NCBI GenBank assembly: GCA_009787015.1
Contig: WRGU01000051.1
Coordinates: 1-62,813, forward strand
Direction: 5' to 3'
Length of the DNA: 62,813 bases
DNA from: Candidatus Saccharimonadota bacterium
Lineage (GTDB): Bacteria; Patescibacteriota; Saccharimonadia; Saccharimonadales; Saccharimonadaceae
Under the pieces are notes generated by a model. That model made no database searches. It was given only the letters and a program-made list of their open reading frames with translations, and was not told where the DNA came from. The position numbers and the translations under genes were made by a program. Numbering within the stretch: position 1 is the stretch's first letter; each line of letters starts with the position of its first letter. Shown here piece after piece: positions 17,600 to 25,520 of the stretch.

Positions 17600-18114
17600 C
17601 AATATTCGTTTGGGTGTTTTGCGTGATCGCCGGTCTAATTATCGTGGTCATGGGCATTGGAGTATTATGCGGCGGTGCGCCGTTTGTGCCGACGCGGCGC
17701 GAATGGATTGACGAGGCGCTGAAATTGGCGCAAGTCGGCAAAAATGACGTACTGGTCGATTTGGGATCAGGCAACGGCGAAGTTTTGCGCATGGCAATCA
17801 AACACGGCGCGAAACGGGCGGTCGGTTATGAAATCAACCCGCTTTTGGCGTGTTGGTCGCGCGTGCGTCTAAAAAAACTTGGCGAGAAAATCGAAATTAG
17901 GAGCAAGGATTTTTTTCGCACAAATCTGCCGAATGATACGACGGTGATTTACTTATTCCAAGTCGACAAAGTTCTCAAAAAAATTCCAGAGTTTTTATTG
18001 CAACAAAAAGCACATTTAAAGGCGGCAAAATTGCGCGTCATCGTGTTCGGTTTTAAGATCCCAGACAGGGAAGTAATTCGCGAATCAAACGGCATGCGAC
18101 TGTACGAATTTTAA
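17596..18114 (+). CDS. Membrane-anchored class I SAM methyltransferase
   Basis: N-terminal TM, VLVDLGSGNGEVL motif I; ATGA overlap with xseB. Confidence 0.6.
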   Translation: MTIFVWVFCVIAGLIIVVMGIGVLCGGAPFVPTRREWIDEALKLAQVGKNDVLVDLGSGNGEVLRMAIKHGAKRAVGYEINPLLACWSRVRLKKLGEKIEIRSKDFFRTNLPNDTTVIYLFQVDKVLKKIPEFLLQQKAHLKAAKLRVIVFGFKIPDREVIRESNGMRLYEF

Positions 18115-18232
18115 CCAACACTAAATACGCGCGACTTGGTGATCGCTAAAACAGTATATCACACTTATGCTTTTCTGTCAAGTATTTCAGACATAACCAG
18201 CATAAATCAGTGAAATTTGCTATACTAGATGT

Positions 18233-18961
18233 ATGAACGAAGCGAGGGGCGAGTTGTTGGGGGGTGAAACGGACTTTTTCGGTGTGGATTTTGCGCCTTC
18301 GTTGATTGCGGCGGCGCATGAATTGAAATCGCCGCTGGTACTACTAAGGCAGCTGACTTTCCAGATCGAGGACGACAAGGATTCTAAAACTGTGCGGCGC
18401 ATGCGGTTGACGACTGAACGCGCCCTGCGTTTGGCGGATAATTTGACGAAGGCAGCGCGTTTGGATGACGCGATGTTTTCGTGCGAACCGATTCAATTAT
18501 CCAACTTATGTGCGGCGGCAATCGAAGAAATGCAACCGCTCGCGGATGCTCTGGCGGTGAAAATTCGTTTTCGTCCGACGCGGATTTCACGTATCGCGAT
18601 TGGTAATCGAGAGTTATTGCATGCACTGTTGGTGGGTTTGATTGATAACGCATTGCACTATGCGAACGGCAAATCGATCGAAGTCGCGACGCGTTTTTTC
18701 GACAACAAAATGGTCGTGTCAGTTTCGGACGCGGGGAATAATATTAGTTTGGATGAATTTCGTAAACTAAAAAATGCGATCGGTCGCACGAATTTACCGC
18801 TGTCATCGCGACCGTTATCGAGCGGTTTGGGACTAATGATCGCGACAAAATTCGCGGCGGCGATGAATGGGCAACTTTCCGTCAAACGCCGTGCAGCGGG
18901 CGGAATGACGTTTATGGCGTGTCTGCCGACGAGCCAACAATTAAGTCTATTGGAGCTATAG
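18233..18961 (+). CDS. Soluble histidine kinase (no sensor domain)
   Basis: H-box AAAHELKSPL, N-box DNALHYA, G2 GLGLMIA. Leaderless: TGC-TATACT (18221..18226) + 6 nt + ATG. Confidence 0.75.
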   Translation: MNEARGELLGGETDFFGVDFAPSLIAAAHELKSPLVLLRQLTFQIEDDKDSKTVRRMRLTTERALRLADNLTKAARLDDAMFSCEPIQLSNLCAAAIEEMQPLADALAVKIRFRPTRISRIAIGNRELLHALLVGLIDNALHYANGKSIEVATRFFDNKMVVSVSDAGNNISLDEFRKLKNAIGRTNLPLSSRPLSSGLGLMIATKFAAAMNGQLSVKRRAAGGMTFMACLPTSQQLSLLEL

Positions 18962-19381
18962 ATGATCAAAATTTTGCTCGTAGAAGACGATAAATGGTTC
19001 GCGGAAAGTTTGGTTTTGATGTTAAAGAAAGATTTTGAGCTGCGGTTTTGTTCTGATCCGGAAGCGGTTTTCGGGGTTGTAGAAAGTTGGCAGCCGGATT
19101 TATTGTTGGCGGACATGATTTTGGGCGAGAAAAATTTGTTTGTGTTGTTAAACGAAATGCAAAGTTATGCCGACACGCGAAATATTAACGTGGTGATTTT
19201 GACATCGTCCGCCGATTCGATTAAATTGCGCGATGTGGCGCGATTTAATGTTAAAAAAATTTTGGATAAGTCGACGATTACGCCGGAAATTTTAAAAACA
19301 GTTTTGCATGATTGTGCTGCGTCATCGCGAGGCTTTAGCCGAAGCAATCTAAACTATGACGATAGGGAATATCAAAAATGA
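18962..19381 (+). CDS. Stand-alone receiver-domain response regulator
   Basis: LLVEDD.., DLLLADMIL, VVILTSS, KKILDKS. The C-terminal 20 aa derive from a family B unit. Confidence 0.75.
   Translation: MIKILLVEDDKWFAESLVLMLKKDFELRFCSDPEAVFGVVESWQPDLLLADMILGEKNLFVLLNEMQSYADTRNINVVILTSSADSIKLRDVARFNVKKILDKSTITPEILKTVLHDCAASSRGFSRSNLNYDDREYQK
19321..19350. repeat. Family B unit forming the 3' end of the response-regulator CDS
   Basis: GTCATCGCGAGGCTTTAGCCGAAGCAATCT, translated ..SSRGFSRSNL.. Confidence 0.6.
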
Positions 19382-20067
19382 GTCAAAATTTACGCACGAA
19401 ATGTGTTATTTTGCGCCGCACGAATTATGGCGAGGCAGATCGCATCCTGACGATTTTAACGTCCGATAGCGGGCAATTGTCCGTGATGGCGCGCGGCGTG
19501 CGGAAGGAAAAATCGCGCCTTGCGGGCGGGATTGAATTGTTTGCGATTTGCGATGTGTCGCTCGTTAGAAGCACGAACAATACGGGGGATATGTGGACAT
19601 TAACAGGGGCGAAGCTGAATAAGTTTTTTGCTCAAATTATGCAAAATTATGATAAGTTACAGTTCGGTTACGAAGCAATCAAGCAAATCACGAAGGCTAG
19701 TCAGACGCTCAACGAACCGGAATTTTATGAATTATTGGTCGATGTTTTGACGGCGCTCGATGATCAAAAAATCGCGTTGAAAGTTATTGAAACGTGGTTT
19801 TATTTACAACTCGCGAAACTTTTGGGCAACGAACTAAATGTCCTAACTGACAATAACGGCATGAAGTTGGTCGAGGATGCGCGGTATAATTTTGACACAA
19901 CCGAACAAGTTTTTATGTTTGATGCGAACGGTCGTTTCGATGCGCGCGCGATAAAATTGTTGCGCGTGATGCTGACGAATCCGCTCGGGGTGGTCGGAAA
20001 AATTGCGAATACGGATGATATTATCGACGATTGCTTACACCTCGCCAAGATTGCGGCGAAAATCTAG
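19378..20067 (+). CDS. recO: DNA repair protein RecO
   Basis: VILRRTNYGEADRILTILT.., SVMARGVRK pattern; ATGA overlap with the upstream gene. Confidence 0.8.
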   Translation: MSQNLRTKCVILRRTNYGEADRILTILTSDSGQLSVMARGVRKEKSRLAGGIELFAICDVSLVRSTNNTGDMWTLTGAKLNKFFAQIMQNYDKLQFGYEAIKQITKASQTLNEPEFYELLVDVLTALDDQKIALKVIETWFYLQLAKLLGNELNVLTDNNGMKLVEDARYNFDTTEQVFMFDANGRFDARAIKLLRVMLTNPLGVVGKIANTDDIIDDCLHLAKIAAKI

Positions 20068-20074
20068 CGCCCTC

Positions 20075-20106
20075 GTCATTGCGAAAGTTTTAGCTCGAAG
20101 CAATCT
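20075..20106. repeat. Family B unit
   Basis: GTCATTGCGAAAGTTTTAGCTCGAAGCAATCT, 8 nt after the recO stop. Confidence 0.7.
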
Positions 20107-20129
20107 AATATGTGTGGTAAAATATCCAT

Positions 20130-20948
20130 ATGAAGATTTTTTCGTGGAATGTGAATGGGTTGCGTGCGGTTATTAAAAAAGGCGAGTTTCAGAAATTCAT
20201 TGATAATTATCAGCCGGATGTTTTATGTATTCAGGAAACTAAAATGCAGCCTGGGCAGGTCGCAGTGGATTTGCCGGAATATCGAGAATTTTGGAATTCT
20301 GCTGAACGTGCGGGATATGCAGGCACAGCAATCTTTGTGCGAAATGGTTTTTCGGATTTAGTTCCGCTTAACGCATTTTATAATTTTTCTGAAAAAATTG
20401 CCGAAACATATGAAGTGGAGGCGGATCAATTCGGTGATCCAAATGCTGAGGGGCGGATTTTAACGTTGGAATTTGATAAGTTTTTCCTGGTTAATGTTTA
20501 TACACCGAACAGCAAGGACGATTTGGCGCGCCTCGAACTGCGATCCGAGCGTTGGGACGTAGCGTTTGCGGCGTATGTTTCCGGATTGCGCAACCAAAAA
20601 CCAGTGATTTTTTGCGGCGATTTGAATGTGGCGCATACCGAAATCGACCTCGCGAATCCAAAACAAAAGGTCGGGCAGCATGGTTTCACGATCGAAGAAC
20701 GCGCTGGTTTTCAAAACTTTCTCAACGCTGGTTTTATTGATACTTTTCGTGCGATTCACGGCGATATTCCGAACCAATACACTTGGTGGTCGTATTTGGC
20801 GAATGCCCGCGCACGGAATGTTGGTTGGCGGATCGATTATTTTTTGATTGATGAAAAGTTGCGCGGGAAATTAAAAGACGCCGCGATTTACCCTGATCAG
20901 ATGGGGTCGGATCATTGTCCAATCTCGATTGAAATGGAGGATTTATAA
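20130..20948 (+). CDS. xth: Exodeoxyribonuclease III (AP endonuclease)
   Basis: MKIFSWNVNGLRA.., LCIQETK, GDLNVAH, SDHCPI motifs. Leaderless: TAAAAT (20118..20123) + 6 nt. Confidence 0.9.
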   Translation: MKIFSWNVNGLRAVIKKGEFQKFIDNYQPDVLCIQETKMQPGQVAVDLPEYREFWNSAERAGYAGTAIFVRNGFSDLVPLNAFYNFSEKIAETYEVEADQFGDPNAEGRILTLEFDKFFLVNVYTPNSKDDLARLELRSERWDVAFAAYVSGLRNQKPVIFCGDLNVAHTEIDLANPKQKVGQHGFTIEERAGFQNFLNAGFIDTFRAIHGDIPNQYTWWSYLANARARNVGWRIDYFLIDEKLRGKLKDAAIYPDQMGSDHCPISIEMEDL

Positions 20949-20985
20949 TTACTCGTTTTGAATTAACTGAAGTTGACGGATTCTA

Positions 20986-21849
20986 ATGGATGCGATAGAT
21001 TATTGGCGCAAGCAGGAATCGGACAAAGCATTATTCCCCGATATTTTATGGAGCAAGCCCGAGCGGCGCGATGCGGCGGGGCAGCTGGCGATTGTTGGCG
21101 GCAATGTTCACAGTTTCGCGGGCGTGGCGGCGGCATACAAAACGGCGCTCGCGGTCGGTGCGGGATCGGTGCGCGTGATTTTGCCGGATGTGTTAAAAAA
21201 GAAGATGAATACTGTCATTCTGAGCGAGCAACGCGAGTCGAAGAATCTATTCGGCAGTAAGGATTCCTCGACTATGCTCGGAATGACAGACGTGATTTTC
21301 GCACCATCGAACCCCAGCGGCGGGTTGGCGCGCGACGCTCTGGCAGAATTAAATGCGGCGGCGGAATGGGCGGACGCGGTGTTGTTCATCGGCGATTCGG
21401 GTCAGAATTCCGAAACGGCGGCGCTGCTCGAAATCTTCCTGAATCAAAATAAAGGAAGACCGATTATTGTCACGCGCGATGCGATCGACCTTATTAAAAA
21501 TGTCGGCGAAAGTTTATTTAATCGCGCGCCAACGCATTTGATTGTGAGTCTCGGGCAGCTCCAAAAACTTTTCCAAAGCGTGTATTATCCGCGCGTCATC
21601 ACGTTCAGTCAGGGCGTCAGGCAGATTGTCGAAACTTTGCATAAATTCACGATCACATATCCGGTTACGATAACATTATTTCATAACGAAAATTTATTTG
21701 CGGCGTACGACGGGCAAGTCATCACACAACCATTTCACCAACCCTTGCGCGTCTGGAGCGGGGAAATTGCCACTCGCGCCGCGGTTTGGCAGATGTGGAA
21801 TCCCGCTAAACCAACCGAATCTATTGCCACGAGTTGGACCGAACTCTAA
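20986..21849 (+). CDS. YjeF-C/NAD(P)HX-dehydratase-like (ribokinase-fold) protein, possibly degenerate
   Basis: GQLAIVGGNVHSFAGVAAAYKTALAVGAGSVRVILP resembles the dehydratase N-terminal motif. The C-terminal GD-type motif is not evident. Carries an in-frame repeat insertion. Confidence 0.35.
   Translation: MDAIDYWRKQESDKALFPDILWSKPERRDAAGQLAIVGGNVHSFAGVAAAYKTALAVGAGSVRVILPDVLKKKMNTVILSEQRESKNLFGSKDSSTMLGMTDVIFAPSNPSGGLARDALAELNAAAEWADAVLFIGDSGQNSETAALLEIFLNQNKGRPIIVTRDAIDLIKNVGESLFNRAPTHLIVSLGQLQKLFQSVYYPRVITFSQGVRQIVETLHKFTITYPVTITLFHNENLFAAYDGQVITQPFHQPLRVWSGEIATRAAVWQMWNPAKPTESIATSWTEL
21214..21287. repeat. Family B inverted pair embedded in frame in a CDS
   Basis: GTCATTCTGAGCGAGCAACGCGAGTCGAAGAATCT ... 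GGATTCCTCGACTATGCTCGGAATGAC, translated VILSEQRESKNLFGSKDSSTMLGMT. Confidence 0.75.
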
Positions 21850-21915
21850 CTCTGCTACAAAGACAGTCTTTGTAGCGGGCGGAGAAACTAGTTGGTTTTG
21901 TGGTAGAATGTTTGT

Positions 21916-22467
21916 ATGAAAAAGATTGTTATTACAGGTGGACCGTGTACGGGGAAGACGACGCTGATTAACGCGCTAAAAGAAAAATTTCCGGATGCGT
22001 ATTTTGTGGAGGAGCCGGCGGCGGCGGTGATTGCGCGCGAACTCGACCGCGCGAAAATCGACGCCAACTATGCGCCGATTGTGCCGTGGGCGGAGTACGA
22101 AAAATTCGTGCCGTTGGTGGTGGATGAATCGATCAAGATCGAATCAGAAATCCCGCGCGATGCGGAAGTCGCTTTTCTCGATCGCAGTTTGATCGATAAT
22201 TTCGTTTATTTCGACATCAATAATTTTCATGAATTTGACGACATGGTTCGTGCCAAAATCGCGGACGCGCATTATGATTTCGCGCTGATTTGTGAACCGG
22301 TCGGCATGTTTGAGGCAACCGACATTCGCCGCGAAGATGCCGATCAAGCCGCAAAACTGCACCAACTCACGCGCGAAGTTTACGAAAAATCCGGACTCGA
22401 AATCATCACGATCCCATTCGTCACCGTCCCCGAACGGGTTGAGATAGTTGCGGAATTGTTGCGATAG
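21916..22467 (+). CDS. P-loop ATPase/kinase (AAA_28/NadR-like)
   Basis: Walker A GGPCTGKTT. Leaderless: TGG-TAGAAT (21904..21909) + 6 nt. Confidence 0.5.
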   Translation: MKKIVITGGPCTGKTTLINALKEKFPDAYFVEEPAAAVIARELDRAKIDANYAPIVPWAEYEKFVPLVVDESIKIESEIPRDAEVAFLDRSLIDNFVYFDINNFHEFDDMVRAKIADAHYDFALICEPVGMFEATDIRREDADQAAKLHQLTREVYEKSGLEIITIPFVTVPERVEIVAELLR

Positions 22468-22491
22468 TTGCAGTTGTGCTACAATATCTGC

Positions 22492-23250
22492 ATGGATGAA
22501 ATTTGGAGGGAGCAACTAGCAGGCAAGGATATGACGCTCGATGATGTGGAGCGGTCGATACGATATGCGAAAGATTTAACGCATGGGTTAAAGATGATTC
22601 GAAAATATCCGCCGGGAGTGACGGTTTTCGGTTCGGCGCGTTTGGCGCGGGATACAAAATATTACAAAATGGCGTATGATTTAGGCAAGAAGATGGCGGA
22701 GAACGAGCATCCGATCATCACTGGCGGCGGTCCGGGGATTATGGAGGCTGCCAACCGCGGCGCGTTTGAAAATGGCGGGAAATCAATCGGGTTAAATATT
22801 CATTTAGAAACGGAACAGGATTTGAATTTATACACCACCGATTCGATGGAATTTCATTATTTTTTCGCGCGAAAAGTTATGTTGACCTGTTCGTCGAAAG
22901 TTTACGTATTTTTCCCGGGAGGGTTCGGTACAATTGATGAATTCGCCGAAATTTTGGAGTTGGTTCATACTGGTAAAGTGCCGCGTTCGCCACTGTTTTT
23001 GGTCGGGTCGGATTTTTGGAAAGGTTTGGACGATTGGTTTTCCGGATCGATGAGCCGATTGCATTTGATCGAAACTGGTACGCCGGGCGAATTATCTGAA
23101 ATCAGCGCCGCCGACGCCGGCATTGTCAAAAAAGCTCGCGATTTATATACAATCACCGACGACATCGACGAAATCGTGGCGATCACCAACCAACTCGAAC
23201 CGAAAACCACCGACGACATCATTTCTGGTTCGGTCGAGCAAATGCTGTAA
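22492..23250 (+). CDS. LOG-family (TIGR00730-type) nucleotide phosphoribohydrolase
   Basis: VTVFGSARL, ITGGGPGIMEAANRGA, PGGFGTIDEF. Start at MDEIW; the track prefix MQLCYNIC is the promoter TGTGCTACAAT. Confidence 0.8.
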   Translation: MDEIWREQLAGKDMTLDDVERSIRYAKDLTHGLKMIRKYPPGVTVFGSARLARDTKYYKMAYDLGKKMAENEHPIITGGGPGIMEAANRGAFENGGKSIGLNIHLETEQDLNLYTTDSMEFHYFFARKVMLTCSSKVYVFFPGGFGTIDEFAEILELVHTGKVPRSPLFLVGSDFWKGLDDWFSGSMSRLHLIETGTPGELSEISAADAGIVKKARDLYTITDDIDEIVAITNQLEPKTTDDIISGSVEQML

Positions 23251-23268
23251 ATGTGTTAAAATAGTAAC

Positions 23269-24348
23269 GTGAAATCCGATTTAGAGAAGAGGCTAAAGGT
23301 GTTGGGAGAAGAAGTTGCGGTGGCGCGCGGCAAATTAGATTTGGACGCGAAAAAACGCGAAATCGCGGCGTTGGAATCGGAAATTGCGCGATCGGAAATT
23401 TGGAATAATCCGGATTACGCACAAAGTGTGGCGCGCAAATTGTCGGAATTAAAAAACCAAGTTGATCCGTGGACGGTTTTAACGGCGCAAGTTGCGGATC
23501 TGATTGAACTGCTGGGCATTTCGGACGACGATTTATTGAACGAATTCGATGGGCAAGTTTCAGCGTTAGAATCGGAATTCGCCAAATTACACCAACAATT
23601 ATTATTCACGGGCGCATATGATGCCGGCAACGCGATTTTGCGATTATCGGCGGGTGTGGGCGGCGACGATGCGCAGGATTTCACCGAAATGTTAGAGCGC
23701 ATGTATCTGCGCTGGGCGGAAAAATCGGGTTATAAAGCAACGATTATCGAGCGTTCCGCGGGCGAAACTGCGGGTGTAAAAACTTCGGTCATCGAAATTT
23801 CCGGCGCGTTCGCGTGCGGTAAATTACAATCCGAAAACGGCGTGCATCGATTGGTGCGTTTATCGCCATTTAACGCCGAGAGCCGCGAAACTTCATTCGC
23901 ATTGGTCGAAGTTTTGCCAAAAATCGACGCACCCGACGCAGTAAAAATCGACCCGAAAGACCTGCGCATCGATATTTATCGTTCGGGCGGACACGGCGGA
24001 CAATCTGTTAATACCACTGATTCAGCGGTGCGAATTACGCATTTGCCGACCGGTGTGGTGGTGGCAATTCAAAATGAACGTTCACAACTGCAAAATCGCG
24101 AAAAAGCCATGGAAATCTTGCGCGGCAAATTGGCGGCGTTACAGATGGAACAGCACGTCGAATCCGTCGGTGAACTGCGCGCCGGCGAATCAGCGGCATG
24201 GGGTGCGCAAATTCGCAATTACGTCCTGCACCCCTATAAATTGGTCAAAGATACACGCACAAAATACGAAGAAAAAGATGTCGACGCGGTGTTAAACGGG
24301 GCAATCGACGGTTTTTCGGGCGCATATTTAGAGTGGCGAGCAGAGTAA
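23269..24348 (+). CDS. prfB: Peptide chain release factor 2 (uninterrupted, no +1 frameshift site)
   Basis: SPF tripeptide (RLSPFNA) and GGQ ([12 protein letters not shown]). GTG start 6 nt after TGT-TAAAAT (23257..23262). Confidence 0.9.
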   Translation: MKSDLEKRLKVLGEEVAVARGKLDLDAKKREIAALESEIARSEIWNNPDYAQSVARKLSELKNQVDPWTVLTAQVADLIELLGISDDDLLNEFDGQVSALESEFAKLHQQLLFTGAYDAGNAILRLSAGVGGDDAQDFTEMLERMYLRWAEKSGYKATIIERSAGETAGVKTSVIEISGAFACGKLQSENGVHRLVRLSPFNAESRETSFALVEVLPKIDAPDAVKIDPKDLRIDIYRSGGHGGQSVNTTDSAVRITHLPTGVVVAIQNERSQLQNREKAMEILRGKLAALQMEQHVESVGELRAGESAAWGAQIRNYVLHPYKLVKDTRTKYEEKDVDAVLNGAIDGFSGAYLEWRAE

Positions 24349-24351
24349 GGC

Positions 24352-24434
24352 TAGTGCGCGAACCGTTCTGGAACGACGAACCCTAAACCCCTTTACGTCC
24401 GGGGTGAGGCGGACAGAACGATGAGTATGAGCGG
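24352..24434 (+). repeat. Family A element (long subtype)
   Basis: TAGTGCGCGAACCGTTCTGG...CAGAACGATGAGTATGAGCGG; starts 4 nt after the prfB stop. Confidence 0.85.
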
Positions 24435-24463
24435 GATAAAACAGGGGTGATGACACAAAACGC

Positions 24464-24544
24464 TTGACTTTTTTATCAAAGTGTGCTACAATGGTAGGGT
24501 AGACCATGATACGGAGGGCTTCGGTTCGCCGTATTTTTGTTTTA
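24464..24544 (+). promoter_or_regulatory. Promoter followed at about +10 by a terminator-like UUCG hairpin (attenuator or short RNA) upstream of a sortase gene
   Basis: TTGACT (24464..24469), 17 nt, TGTGC-TACAAT (24487..24492). Hairpin ATACGGAGGGC-TTCG-GTTCGCCGTAT (24509..24534), then TTTTGTTTTA. Confidence 0.55.
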
Positions 24545-24566
24545 TAGAGGTTTAACAGAGGTGAGA

Positions 24567-25343
24567 ATGCAAAAGTTTTTTAGAACTACGCGCCATTTGA
24601 GGTGGCAAATGTGGGTGGCGATGATAACGGCGTCAATTACAGCCGCTCTGGTCGCTTTATTAACCCTTAATGTTGTGCAAAGTACATCAGTGTTGGCGCA
24701 ACCTATGACTAGCGATATCAAACTCGCCGAACCGGTCCAAATTTTCGGTGATCGCGAGATTTTCGATCCGAATTTAATTACTGAATTCATGCTTCCCAAA
24801 CAAAAACAACAGAGTGAAGTTGCGGAACAAAACGCCTATGCCGCCACCACGACAAATATTGCGAAAAACACAACATTAAGCCCTGCGCCCAACATCGTCC
24901 AACCGCAACCGCAGTATGATCGATTAATTATTCCGAAAATCGGACTCAATGCGCAGTTAGTGTCGGTCGGATTAATGTCGAACGGCGCGATTGATGTCCA
25001 CCCGACATTGCCGGCATGGTTTAATCAATCATCGCGCGCCGGATCAAATACCGGTCGGTTTCCGGCGACATTTATCGACGGACATCGGCAGGGAATTTTT
25101 AGCGCCTTGGGGCAACTGGCGGTCGGCGACACTATCACGGTGAGTTTTGCGGGTGGCGAAGAATATACTTATACTGTCGTGAAAACGGAAACTCGTTCGC
25201 TCGACGATCCGAATTTGATGCCCGATGCGCTTTCGATTTTTGGCAGTGCAACGCAAGGACTTAATTTGATGACCTGTGCTGGCAATTATCTTCCGGCGCG
25301 CAGTACGTATGATTTGCGGTTGGTTATTTACGCGGTGAGGTAG
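24567..25343 (+). CDS. Sortase (membrane-anchored transpeptidase)
   Basis: N-terminal TM, FIDGHRQ (His), LNLMTCAG (TLxTC-type Cys), RLVIYA (Arg). Start at MQKFF with a GAGGTGAG SD. Confidence 0.8.
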   Translation: MQKFFRTTRHLRWQMWVAMITASITAALVALLTLNVVQSTSVLAQPMTSDIKLAEPVQIFGDREIFDPNLITEFMLPKQKQQSEVAEQNAYAATTTNIAKNTTLSPAPNIVQPQPQYDRLIIPKIGLNAQLVSVGLMSNGAIDVHPTLPAWFNQSSRAGSNTGRFPATFIDGHRQGIFSALGQLAVGDTITVSFAGGEEYTYTVVKTETRSLDDPNLMPDALSIFGSATQGLNLMTCAGNYLPARSTYDLRLVIYAVR

Positions 25344-25358
25344 AGACTTCATCTACTT

Positions 25359-25384
25359 GTCATGCCGGACTTGATCCGGCATCC
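25359..25384. repeat. Family B unit (perfect 8-bp stem)
   Basis: GTC ATGCCGGA CTTGA TCCGGCAT CC. Confidence 0.75.
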
Positions 25385-25520
25385 ATTCGATATTCCCAAG
25401 ATTTTCAAAAAAAAGCTTGCGTTTATTTTTTCTTTTTGTTAAAATGTTCGTATTGCGAGAAAATAAAAGTTAAAAGTGGTGCGATTTTGCATTATTAATA
25501 GAGGAAGGCTAAGAAAACAA

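Noticed and set aside
23269-24348. Programmed +1 frameshift in prfB
   Set aside because: The ORF is continuous from the GTG start through the SPF and GGQ motifs. There is no internal in-frame TGA with an upstream SD-like element.
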